Source of the DNA: Octopus bimaculoides
Taxonomy: Eukaryota
DNA length: 57,131 nt
Reading direction: 5' to 3'
NCBI RefSeq assembly: GCF_001194135.2
Contig: NC_068992.1
Span: 209,184-266,314 of the forward strand
Positions 24,431 to 36,259 of the stretch are shown here, one piece after another. Made by a program: the position numbers and the translations under genes. Positions within the stretch are counted from its first letter, which is position 1. The number at the start of each line of letters is the position of its first letter. The notes beneath the pieces are model-generated. The model saw nothing but the letters and a program-made list of their open reading frames with translations, searched no databases and was not told where the DNA came from.

Positions 24431-24950
24431 GGCGGCGAGCTGGCAGAAACGTTAGCACGCCGGGCGAAATGCTTAGTGGTATTTCGTCTGCCGTTACGTT
24501 CTTAGTTCAAGTTCCACCGAGTCGATTTTGCATTTCATCCTTTCGGGGTCGATAAATTAAGTACCAGTTACGCACTGGGGTCGATATAATCGACTTAATC
24601 CGTTTGTCTATCCTTGTTTGTCCCCTCTATGTTTAGCCCCTAGTGGGCAATAAAGAAATAAGAAACGTTAGCATGCCGGGCGAAATACTTAGCGGTATTT
24701 CGTCTGCCGTTACGTTCTTAGTTCAAGTTCCACCGAGTCGATTTTGCATTNNNNNNNNNNNNNNNNNNNNNNNNNNNNNNNNNNNNNNNNNNNNNNNNNN
24801 NNNNNNNNNNNNNNNNNNNNNNNNNNNNNNNNNNNNNNNNNNNNNNNNNNNNNNNNNNNNNNNNNNNNNNNNNNNNNNNNNNNNNNNNNNNNNNNNACCT
24901 TCCCCCGAAATTGCTGGCTTTGTGCCAAAAATTGAAATCAATATTACTGC
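24431..24950 (+). mobile_element. SINE family A head-to-tail dimer spanning a gap
   Basis: Full unit 24431-24664, junction AATAAGAA|ACGTTAGC at 24664/24665, second unit runs into the gap. Confidence 0.9.
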
Positions 24951-25014
24951 CTTAGAATTATTTAAAGAAAAGATTTTTTTGCCTCTTCAGGAAAAGCAGT
25001 ATCATCTACAATAT

Positions 25015-25227
25015 TCTTTTCTACTCTACGCACAAGGCCCGATATTTTGGGGGAGGGGCCAGTCGATTAGATGACTCCACTACGCAACTGGTACTTAATT
25101 TATCAACCCCGAAAGGATGAAAGGCAAAGTCGACCTCGGCGGAATTTGAACAGAGAACGTAAAGACAGATGAAATACCGTTAATCATTTCGCCCGGCGTG
25201 CTAACGTTTCTGCCAGCTCGCCGCCTT
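25015..25227 (-). mobile_element. SINE family A
   Basis: Reverse complement ends GCTAACGTTTCTGCCAGCTCGCCGCC. Confidence 0.9.
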
Positions 25228-25779
25228 GAAAATCCTACAATATTAAACACCTTACTGACAGAAATTCAGGGCAGCGGCCATATTTAGGCAACGAAATTGG
25301 TAGTTCTTATTGATTCTATACCTTAATAGAAAATTCATAGGATTGGTAAACTCTTAAAGGAATAATCTAGTTAATCTTTTGACAGATAACAGGATTGAAA
25401 TATGCAGTCTTCAGGTAAGATTTACATTACAAAATCAACTCGTTTGTCGAAAGACCGTATATTTAGTAATTTCCTAAATAGGAATTGTTTTAACATTAGC
25501 AGTATTGAATGCTATTGATACAGATGGAATATATCGATCCCACAGATTAATAGACATGCTAAAATAAATTTGTGTTGTTGATGCTGTCGCTCTTGCGACA
25601 TGTTTGGTGGATGGTGACCCTAAATCGAGAATTCATTTGTTGAATGAGATTGGAGATTAAGTTATTCATTGATGCACAAAATCTTAATAATTCACCATTC
25701 ATGGAATGACAAATGCAGTGACAGCAATGGCGCATTAAAGGCTTCTTATAATGATGATGCTAATGATGGTGTCAATAAT

Positions 25780-25968
25780 CCTTTCTATTATGTGAGGGGG
25801 CAGGTTGATTGCATCGACTCCAGTGCTTGACTGGTACTTATTTTATCGACCTGAAATGATGAAAGGCAAAGTCGACCACGGTGGAATTTGAACTCAGAAC
25901 ATAGCGACGAACGAAATACCGCTGAGCATTTCGTCCAGCATGCTAACGATTCTGTCAGCTCGCCGCCC
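25780..25968 (-). mobile_element. SINE family A abutting an (AAT)n tract
   Basis: Core GAAAGGCAAAGTCGACC, head GCTAACGATTCTGTCAGCTCGCCGCC followed by (AAT)n 25969-26020. Confidence 0.9.
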
Positions 25969-26020
<52 letters not shown>

Positions 26021-26021
<1 letters not shown>

Positions 26022-26623
26022 GTGACGAAACCGTTCTGCACGCCCTCGTTCAGTGTCCGGGTTTAGCTGACTTGTGGGGTTATGTCGAACAGCTGCTGTC
26101 ACTTTGTGGACGGATCCGTCTGTCGGCCGAGTCTGTAGTGATGATTGCACCGCCGCCCTCCTCCAATCGGGCAAGCAAGGCAGTCTTCCTTTGCTTGGTG
26201 TCTGTGGCGAAAGAGGTTGTTTGGTGGACAAAGCTGAAAGACATGAGGACAGATACATTCCACTTTGGTAAGGCTCTCATTGACTTGAAAAGGAAACTGA
26301 GAGTGGAAAAGAAAGTGTTGTCCTCGAATGAGTTTATTGAAAGGTGGGTGGAAGTTGCGAAAATGGCAAGACTGGATGGTACCTCTCTAAGTGTAGACCT
26401 GTGAGTCGGAGAGAAGGAAATAGAGAGGGCACTTGCTCTTGGGATATTTTTCCCATAAGTCTTTAACTGGTGTTTTGAGAAGCTCTATGCAATGAAACAA
26501 AAGGTACTTTTGTGATTGTAGATATCAATAAATTTACTTTAATTTACTATGATGTAGTCTTGTGTTCTTTATATTTGTTTTTAATCTACTTTATGGTCTC
26601 CCTCGTTCTAACATTCACATTGC

Positions 26624-26625
<2 letters not shown>
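26021..26625 (+). mobile_element. 5'-truncated L1/Tx1-clade LINE 3' end
   Basis: DETVLHALVQCPGLADLWGY (ET..H.L..C.....W zinc-knuckle remnant) through SLSVDL* at 26404, then 3' UTR. Homologous to 45724-46221. Confidence 0.8.
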
Positions 26626-26666
<41 letters not shown>

Positions 26667-27823
26667 NNNNNNNNNNNNNNNNNNNNNNNNNNNNNNNNNN
26701 NNNNNNNNNNNNNNNNNNNNNNNNNNNNNNNNNNNNNNNNNNNNNNNNNNNNNNNNNNNNNNNNNNNACAGGTGTATAAACAACAATATGTATATGTATA
26801 GTAATTAGTTTACTTTTATGTTCAGTTATGACATAAAGAATTTTACATTAATGTATGTATGTATGTATCTATCTGTCTATCTCTCTGTGTGTATGTATGT
26901 ATGTATGTACGTATGTATTTTCAGTTATTCTCAGCTGAGCTTCAAACCGTCGCTACTCCTCCTTCATGAATAAGGTCATGTATGCATGGACTACCGAGTA
27001 CTTTTATATTTTCTAACTCCCAAAGGTGGGCGTGCACATACACAGACGTACACATACGCACACACGCGCGATTTATCCCCCCCTACTTACATATCTATAT
27101 ATAATCATGCATGCGGGTAATGTAAAAAACTGTGACCCAATTCTACTCTATTTACTTTCATTTCTTAAATAACATCACAATCAAACCAGGAGGCTTCTGT
27201 TGGGTTACCATGATGTCTGTACCTTTAATTTCATCAAAAGTAATCAAATTGAGATATGACTTCATAATGGTGGGAATCCAACTTCCGGTTACGTACACAG
27301 AGTTAATCGACTCCTGGTTCTCCCTTTTGATGGGTTTTCTGAATGCGTGTTTATCGGTGAAATTGTAACTCGTTTCAGAAAAGTGATATCGCTCTTCTAA
27401 GATGCCAAACCAACCTCTCTATGTTATCCCCTCCGCATGGGAAGTTTCAATGTATGCCACTCTGTTTTTCGTTTTCTATATTGTTGGTTTTTGCCGTCTT
27501 TTGTGCACTATATTCTTATCATGGCCTTAGGAAGAGAGAGAGAGAGAGAGAGAGAGAAACAGCCAAAGGCAGCGTGAAAGCCGGTTTATGGGGGAAGCCA
27601 TCTGAGCACTGCAGGGGAATTCGTATATAGACATCTCTCTACTCATTTCATTGCTCTGTCTCTTTTCTTACTTTTCATTTATTAACATTATTTTGCTTCA
27701 AATGCATATATACGCAGGCGTGTGTGTATGTGTCTGTGTGCATGTGTGCCTGTGTATGTGTATATGTATATGTATATGTATATATATATATGCGATGTAT
27801 GTTTGCATGTATGTATGCGAGTG

Positions 27824-27874
<51 letters not shown>

Positions 27875-28102
27875 TGCATGCATGTATGTATGTATGTATG
27901 TATGTATGTATGTATGTATACACACACACACACACTCACACATACATATTTGAACAAATGAATAGAAATGGCTTTTCAGATAATTTTTCCACGTGGTAAA
28001 ATCATTAGAAAAGCCATTTCTATTCATTTGTTCAAATATATAATACTGTACCAAGGACATTCTATTTCTTATTCTACTATATATATATATATATATACAA
28101 AC

Positions 28103-28136
<34 letters not shown>

Positions 28137-28216
28137 GTATATACACACACACACACATATATATACATACATACCTACATACATGTATATATATGTATAC
28201 TGTCTGTATGTATATG

Positions 28217-28269
<53 letters not shown>

Positions 28270-28289
28270 CTATTACCATAATCCAATGA

Positions 28290-28563
28290 CGTGCAGCTGT
28301 CTCTTTAGGATGACCTCATTTGTCATCCCATTTTCTGAAAGGTCTTGGCCTATGGAAAAGTGATGACGTGTGCAGACCCAACCGATTGGGAGCAGCACGC
28401 GGTAAGTTACGACTTTCGTCTTTCACGTTTACTCCATACCATGCAGATCTGCAACAGGACTGAAGAGTCATCTGAGAGGTCATGGACGGAAAATTAGAAA
28501 TACCATTGACAACGAGGAACCTCAGAGAGACGGTAATCGTCCGTGAAGATGGAGCAATCACCA
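28290..28563 (+). mobile_element. RTE-clade LINE 3' end with C2H2 zinc finger
   Basis: PCRSATGLKSHLRGHGRKIRN and the same terminal AAGATGGAGCAATCACCA. Confidence 0.65.
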
Positions 28564-28610
28564 CGTATAAATGTATACACACACACACACACATATATAT
28601 ATACATACCG

Positions 28611-28669
<59 letters not shown>

Positions 28670-28676
<7 letters not shown>

Positions 28677-29503
28677 TCTGATCAATTAGCTGAAGTACGC
28701 AAAGTGAAGCTGCTTGAACGCTGCTTTTAACGTTCTAGCTAACTTCTGTTGTTTACAGTAATGCTTGGAAGGAAGGTGTGTAGCGTGTGATCGTCGCATT
28801 GACCATGACAGAGAAACTTGTCATGGGCATTACCTGCTCAGAGGCCTGCGCAAAGTTGCAGAAAGTGTATGGAGAGGAGTATGCGAGCCACAAACAAGTG
28901 TACCAGTGGTTTAGACGTTTCCAAGATGGCCGAAAAGATGTCGATATTGATGAACGTTCTGGGAAACCTGAAATCAGCAGAACTGAGAAAACAGTGCAGA
29001 TGTGCATGCATCTGTGAGGGGGAATCATCGAATCACCATCTGAGAGTTATCAGAAAATGCGCAGATTAGTTACGGTTCAGTTTAGTCCATTATCACTGAA
29101 GATTTGGCTATGAGACGCGTGTCTACAAAGTTTGTGCCAAAACTGCATTCAGCTGAGCAGAAAGACTCACAGATTTCAGTTGTACAAGATCTCCCTGATT
29201 GTGTCGAGAACGATGAAAACTTTTTGAAAACTGCGTAGACCTCTGAGCAGATATCGCCAAGCTTTTGGTAAAATTTGATGCAGATTCTCTGCTCAACTAT
29301 CTGTCATTGTCAATCCGATGATCACACACTACACACCTTCCTTCCAAGTACTGCTGCAAACAGCGGAAGTGATCTGGAAGGTTAAAACTTTGTCTGCATG
29401 CACAGCAGCGTTCAAGGTCAATTTTTGCAAAGCGACTTCACTCGGTGTGCTTTAGCTTCGTTACTATGGCAACAGTCCGGATACTTATTGATCAGACCTC
29501 ATA
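28670..29503 (+). mobile_element. mariner derivative: 5' half plus an inverted copy of its own 5' end
   Basis: Plus strand reads KLQKVYGEEYASHKQVYQWFRRFQDGRKDVDIDERSGKP...RRVSTKFVPKL. 29231-29503 reverse complement is TIR TATGAGGTCTGATCAATAAG plus 5' UTR plus EQRICIKFYQKLGDICSE. Confidence 0.85.
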
Positions 29504-29829
29504 TGTATTTCTTATTCATCATCGTTTTAATCTCTACAATACTAAATAATCTACATTTACTTTTTCAATTCTTTCTTTTTTTTTTCGTTTCAATACATCC
29601 TACTTCATCCTTAAATTTCCCCCATTACTTTCATAAATATATTCTCCTAATTTAAGCATGTTGTTATCTCTCTGTTTCTCCTGCTAAATTCGTATTTAAA
29701 ATTCTGGTCTTCATTCATTTCTCATTGTACTCTCATTCACTTCTCAAGATCTGACACTTCCTCACACAGCAGCGACTCCATTTCTTCTGAAGACAGCAGC
29801 AAAACCTAAACAAATTCGAATTCTTAAAA

Positions 29830-30330
29830 CAAAATTTTCTAAATCCTCTTCTTTCCTTTTCTTTTCCCCATCCTTCGCTTTCCTCTCATTCTTCACCTAA
29901 TACAATTTCACCACCTCCTCCACAATCTCCTCTTCCTCCTCTTCTTTTGCCTCCTCTTCTCGCTCTGCCTCACCTCCCTCTAGTTCCCTTCCTCTGCCTC
30001 CTCTTCCCTTGCCTTCTCTTCTTCTGACTCTTTCTCCGATTCCTTCTCATCTGCCTCCTCTTCCTCTGCTACCTCCTACTCCTCCTCCTCTACCACCGCC
30101 TCCTCTTCCTTCTCCTCAATCATCGCCCCTTCCTCCCCCTGCCATCGTCTCCCCACGCCTGCCTTGCCTCTTTCTTCTCCCCTTCTCCCACTTTTCTTCC
30201 ACTTCTACCTCCTTATCCACACAATCGTGGTCCCTGTCGTTATCGTCGTCACCATGGTCACCATCAACACACGCTGCAGCATCATTGTTATCGTCACCAT
30301 CTTGACGTTGTTGTTGTTGTTGCATTTAAA
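29830..30330. repeat. (CCT)n/(TCA)n low-complexity pyrimidine-rich tract
   Basis: Degenerate CCT and TTC repeats; the P/L/S-rich ORFs are artefacts. Confidence 0.85.
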
Positions 30331-30505
30331 TTTAATTCGTGATTATTAATGTATTCATGTATTCATCTTTTCATTTATTATTCATATACATGTTCTGCCC
30401 TGCCATGTTGGTATGTAATTGCCCAGCTGCATCCATCACCATGACAACTGCCCAGACACTTGTAGTTATATCAACCGCAGCATATATTCGTATATAACAT
30501 ATCTG

Positions 30506-30538
<33 letters not shown>

Positions 30539-30874
30539 NNNNNNNNNNNNNNNNNNNNNNNNNNNNNNNNNNNNNNNNNNNNNNNNNNNNNNNNNNNNNN
30601 NNNNNNNNNNNNNNNNNNNNNNNNNNNNNNNNNNNNNNNNNNNNNNNNNNNNNNNNNNNNNNNNNNNNNNNNNNNNNNNNNNNNNNNNNNNNNNNNNNNN
30701 NNNNNNNNNNNNNNNNNNNNNNNNNNNNNNNNNNNNNNNNNNNNNNNNNNNNNNNNNNNNNNNNNNNNNNNNNNNNNNNNNNNNNNNNNNNNNNNNNNNN
30801 NNNNNNNNNNNNNNNNNNNNNNNNNNNNNNNNNNNNNNNNNNNNNNNNNNNNNNNNNNNNNNNNNNNNNNNNNN

Positions 30875-31221
30875 TCTGTGTGTAGCCCTTTGTGGGCAGC
30901 AAAGAAATAAGAAACATTACCATGCCAGGCGAAAGGCTTAGCGGTATTTTGTCTGCTAATTAACTGTCGATTAAATAAGTACCAGTTACGCACTGGGGTC
31001 GATATAATCGACTTAATCCATTTGTCTGTCCTTGTTTGTCCCATCTGTGTGTAGCCCTTTGTGGGCAGCAAAGAAATAAGAAACATTACCATGCCAGGCG
31101 AAAGGCTTAGCGGTATTTCGTCTGTCGTTATGTTCTGAGTTCAAATTCCGCCGAGATCGACTTTGCCTTTCACCCTTTCGGGGTCGATAAATTAAGTACC
31201 AGTTACGCACTGGGGTCGATA
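30875..31221 (+). mobile_element. SINE family A tandem multimer (two junctions)
   Basis: AAAGAAATAAGAA|ACATTACCATGCCAGGCG junctions at 30913/30914 and 31082/31083. Confidence 0.85.
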
Positions 31222-31229
31222 TCTTTATC

Positions 31230-31796
31230 TGCTTTAAAAAAGGAGAAAGTTCATCTGCAGGGAAGGAGATGGCCTCAGTTTCTTTTTGGAATTCAGTATT
31301 TTGGGATTTGTTTAGTGAAGATCTTCAAAAGGGCCACACCGTGAATGGAGAGTACTATACCAACTTGCTGTGGCTGTTACGAAAAGCTATCGAGACAAAA
31401 CGACCAGGAAAACTGACGAAGTGGAATTAGTTTCATTAGAACAATGCTCTAGCACACAAGTCCTTGGTTTCAATGGCTGCTGTGAACGATTGTGGCTTAG
31501 AAGTGGTTGATCCCCTTCCCTATTCTCCTGATTTGGCCCCATCTGATTATCATTTGTTCCCCAACATGAACAAACATTTGACAGAGAAGCAGTATCGCAG
31601 TGAAGATGACGTCATGTCTGCTGTTGATGACTTTTTTTTACCAACCAGAGGAAAGCTTGTTCACCAATAGGATCGAAACACTGCATCACTGATAGAAGAA
31701 GTGTGTGGACCGCAAGCGGGGACTGTACTGAAACATTAACCTTATTTGGTCACATTCTATGAGTGTATTCTTGAGCATTTTCAGTCGACCCTCGTA
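31230..31796 (+). mobile_element. mariner 3' half (DD34D catalytic relic) with TIR
   Basis: NNALAHKS...PYSPDLAPSDYHLFPNMNKHL with 34 residues between the catalytic positions. Ends TTTTCAGTCGACCCTCG-TA. Confidence 0.9.
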
Positions 31797-31845
31797 TGCA
31801 CATGCATGCATTTATGTATGTACACATACACATTCTTTTAAATTT

Positions 31846-32070
31846 TTCTACTTGTTTCAGTCATTTGACAGCGGCCTTACTGGAGCACCGCCTTAAAGGG
31901 TTTTAATCGAACAAATCGACCCCGGGACCTATTTTTTAAGCCTAGTATTTATTCAATCCGTCTCAAAAGAGACTTAGTGGTTCGACAAAAGCTGAACCTC
32001 TAAGTCACGGGGATATAAATACACCAACACTGGTCTGCAAGCGGTAATGATGGGACAAATGCAGACAAAT
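31846..32070 (-). mobile_element. SINE family D 3' tail
   Basis: Reverse complement has GTCGATTTGTTCGATT...AAGGCGGTGCTCCAG...ATGACTGAAACAAGTAGAAAA; overlaps by homology with the 21326-21430 tail. Confidence 0.7.
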
Positions 32071-33801
32071 ATGTACACGCACACGTACACACGCTCGCGC
32101 GCGCGCACACATCTACTTATATATGTAGGTATATAAAACCAAACGAGAGCTGTTTCTGAAATTTTAAATTCCGTAACTGTAACCGTTTATTCAATGTAGG
32201 ATATTTTCATAGTTAGGCAAGCCCACACTGGACCAGCTCCATGGTTGCTGAATCATGCATTCCTTTTCAATCACAGGAGGAAAAACATACTCAATGCCTG
32301 AAAAAGTACGGGTTGGATAGTCACAACTGGAACGTCTTTGATCATAGATTTGCTTTAACAGAAGCGGTCCTGAAGCTAAGGCTAAATAACAAGAATAAGA
32401 ACACAGAGTAATATAAATGGAAGTAGCACCCCCAACACACATACACACACACACACACACACACATGCATATGCCTGCACACACATGCATACAAACCGGC
32501 ATTCAATCATATACGCAAGCGCTCTCTCACACATATATACACATCTATCAGAAAGGTTTCACTGAGAGATTAATCTTTACAGCTAAATGATGTCCAAAAT
32601 AACCTTAGCTCTCTCATGAATACGACTCCACAAACCATATACGACCGAAGACCACGTACTTTTGGGGGTTGATTAATTGCATCTATGATATACAAGGGGA
32701 AGTGATACGAAATAGATAACTTTTGAGATTTCTTTGAGTTCTTCAGAAGACATAGAATGTTTATGAATATTAAGAAATCATCATTCTATTATTATGGTTT
32801 CTAGAGATATTGGAGATAAGGAAATTAGAAGATGGTAACGTGGAGATAGAGTCAGTAAAAGCATTATCTTAATTCACAATCAAATTACCTACGAAGAATG
32901 GTTTCCGTTTTGTCATTCTACAATCTCCACCTCTTAACTAATTTCACTTTAATGGCTTCATATTGATTTTCATTTACCAATCAATATCCACTTATAGTTA
33001 CAAGAAGTGAATGGCTTTGGTGCTTAATTGCTAATTCGAAGGTTACGAGTTCAAATCGATGCGAAACTGACATGTACATGAAATGTACATGTCAGTTCTG
33101 CATTTCATTCATTAAAATAAGATTTTTTTTAAATATAAAAAGACACGTAAAATATAAAGAGAAGCAATTTTTATAGCCTTTGCCCTACAGCACAGGAACT
33201 TGCTGCTCGATCTACTGCAATAGATGTCGTATTTTGGTTTTGGCTGACTCTTTTTTGATCAGCCACGCGCTAGTAACGCAAATTCCGACATTTTGGTTGT
33301 ATGATACAAACTGATTTTTCTGGGACATAAGAAAGGAGTTCCTTCTAAATCGTCTAAAATGGCATGTCTTTAAATTCCGCACTAAAAAAACATTTCAGAC
33401 AAACCTTATTCGTTTGAGAAACTTCAGGAGCATCTTCCCTGCTTATTTATTTATTTATTTATTTATTATTTATTTGGTAGACATCGACTTGCAGAAATTT
33501 GAGCTGAAAATCAACATTGTAGAAGTACAAGTCGGGAAGATATGCAATAATTCGTTATCTCCAACTAAACTTAAAAAATAAATAAAAGTAAAAAGTAACA
33601 AACAAAATGGGTTTTGAAGGAATATTTGCATTTTTATCTAAACATGTTGGTCGCTGTTGTGAATGTCAAAGGAGAATAACATCTCCATTTCCTGAAAAAC
33701 TTAGATTTATGTTACGTCTCGATTTGTCCTCTAACTCATCTATTCTCTACCTTTACTTTCTCGATTTTCTTCCTTTTTCTATACTTATGTCTCTTCCATC
33801 C

Positions 33802-33851
<50 letters not shown>

Positions 33852-34261
33852 TTCTCTCACACACGTTTACTAATATGATCTTGCTCTTGGTCTCAAGCCT
33901 TTGTTTCTCTAGACTCTACGTCACCATTACTAATCCCTCTCTTCCTTTATTGATATTTGTATGGTCTTATATACGCGGTTTACTACTACATTGTTTGCAT
34001 TCTATCACTCATTCTACTGACGAAAAAATCCGACACTTCGAGCTTGAACATGTTGACTTATCATGCTTATGTCTTGATATCAATTTCTACACTTTTGATA
34101 AGTGTTATCGCATTAGTATATACACCTGTTTGCGAATTACATGTTATTGCATCACTCCGATGCTGAACTTTTGCGACAGCTGTAAAGGATTATCAAAGAT
34201 TATATTTCCTTTACCAAATATGTTTGTGTTACATTCATACATACATACATACATACATACA

Positions 34262-34292
<31 letters not shown>

Positions 34293-34505
34293 GTGTGTCC
34301 TTTATTCTTTCTCCATTCAACCGTATGAGAGCTCGCCGATAATGGGTGAAATTCTTCAACCTCTAGCCTGTTATGAGGTCTGGGCCTGGGGATTTCTTGT
34401 TTGACATTTCCTGTAGAACCGAGAATCGTATCCAGTATTTTGCCGCCCATTTCATATTGCTCTTGCTGCACTTGCTGGTAGTATGTACGTATGTATGCAT
34501 GTAGG

Positions 34506-34677
34506 ATGGCAAAAATGAATTGTATCTGTATTTCAAAGGGCCAGCCTTGTCACATTGTGTCACGCTGAATCTCCCTGAGAACTACGTTAGGGGTACACAT
34601 GTATGTCCATGTTAATTTCAAGTTGTTCCGTTGCTAGGATCAAGTGGAACCCTTGTTGTCGTAGCCAACGGAGTGCT
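34506..34677 (+). mobile_element. SINE central module plus family B tail, deleted
   Basis: TCAAAGGGCCAGCCTTGTCAC...GAGAACTACGTTAGGGGTACAC. Confidence 0.8.
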
Positions 34678-34680
34678 ATG

Positions 34681-34709
<29 letters not shown>

Positions 34710-34711
<2 letters not shown>

Positions 34712-35123
34712 GTATTCCATCTGCTGAAAATCCGTTGATAATGGAAAAGTAGCGATGCGTGCAGACCTAACCAGTTTGAAACGCACAGTCAAAAGTTTGC
34801 ACATATGCGGCAAGATATTCTTTGTTGTACCTTCCTGCTACAGAAGCCAACACCGGTGGGAATTATTGTGACAGAGCAGCCCTTTTTTAAGGAGAGCACT
34901 GTTCATTCGAATTCCTGGGAAAGTGTTAGAAAAGTTGCATTGAACATTCGCATCGATCCAATACAAATTAAAACTTCCGTCTTTCACCTTTGCTTCAAAC
35001 CATGCAGATCCACAGTGGAACTGAATAGTCATTTGAGAGGTCATGGGCGGAAAGTCATAAATGTCATTGACAAAGGGGAAGCACAAAGAGATGGCAATCA
35101 TCTATAAAGATGGAGCAATCACC
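34710..35123 (+). mobile_element. RTE-clade LINE 3' end with C2H2 zinc finger (interrupted)
   Basis: HLCFKPCRSTVELNSHLRGH and terminal AAGATGGAGCAATCACCA. Confidence 0.6.
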
Positions 35124-35365
35124 ATATATATATATATATATATTGTACAAAATGTATAAATCGATAATATACATATATATATATTATTATTAAGGCAGTG
35201 AGCTGGCAGAAATGTTACATGTTTGTATGTATGAATATATNNNNNNNNNNNNNNTATATATATGTATGTATGTATATATCTACGTAGGTATATGTGTGTG
35301 TATGTATATATAAAATATATATATGTATATACGCACACATACACTATCGTTATGATCATTACTAC

Positions 35366-35437
<72 letters not shown>

Positions 35438-35645
35438 CAGTAGTAGTAGTAGTAGTATTCATGTGGACAATTCTTGTATTTTCCATTGCCTTTATCTCAC
35501 TGATCAGTGGTTCGAAATATTTTATTGATTTGTTCCATTTCTTACTGTTTTGCAATATTGACTAAACTGCTTTATTTATGTCTATAAAATTGTCTAATAA
35601 TAATAATAATAATAATGATAATAATAATAATAATAATAATAATAA

Positions 35646-35716
35646 TTTCTTTATTACCTACAAGAGCTTACATTAAGAAATACATTATGGACAGCACAGG
35701 ACAAAACAAACAATGT
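35646..35716 (-). mobile_element. About 70-bp extreme 3' end of the Tx1-like LINE inside (AAT)n
   Basis: Collinear with 45724-45795: TTCTTTATTA...AAG...TTAAGAAA..CATTATGGA...GACAAAACAAA.AATGT. Confidence 0.7.
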
Positions 35717-35730
35717 AATAATAATAATAA

Positions 35731-35944
35731 TCTTTCCTACTCTTGGCACAAGGCCCGAAAGTTTTCGGGAGGGGGCCAGCCGATTAGATCGACTCCAGTA
35801 CGCAACTGGTACTTAATTTATCGACCTCGAAAGGATGAAAAGCAAAGTCAACCTCGGCGGAATTTGAACTCAGAACATAAAGACAGATGAAATTACGCTA
35901 AACATTTCGCTCGGCGTGCTAACGTTTCTGCCAGCTCACCGCTT
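35731..35944 (-). mobile_element. SINE family A flanked by (AAT)n on both sides
   Basis: Full head, core and tail, with AAT repeats at both junctions. Confidence 0.9.
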
Positions 35945-36024
35945 TTAATAATAATAATAATAATAATAANNNNNNNNNNATAATAATAATAATAATGATG
36001 ATGATGATGATGATGATGATGATA

Positions 36025-36202
36025 ATGGTAATTTCAAATTTTGATACAGGACCAGCAGTTTTCAGTGGAAGGTATTGACTGGAGCTTATTCTATCGACAC
36101 CGAAAGGGATGAAAAATAAAGTTGACCATCACGGCGGAATTTGAACACACACGAAAAAGCATTTCGCCCGCCATACTAACGACTCCGCCAGCTCGCTGCC
36201 TT
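36025..36202 (-). mobile_element. SINE family A, diverged, between (GAT)n and (AAT)n
   Basis: GGCGGAATTTGAAC and GCATTTCGCCCG...CCAGCTCGCTGCC. Confidence 0.75.
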
Positions 36203-36215
36203 AAGAATAATAACA

Positions 36216-36257
<42 letters not shown>

Positions 36258-36259
<2 letters not shown>

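Noticed and set aside
30875-31221. CRISPR-like repeat-spacer array
   Set aside because: Eukaryotic DNA; the units are ~170-nt SINE copies with no unique spacers and no cas genes.
32270-32410. Exon after the strong acceptor TTTTCAATCACAG
   Set aside because: The frame CLKKYGLDSHNWNVFDHR...AV resembles a decayed RTE C-terminus more than a host protein.
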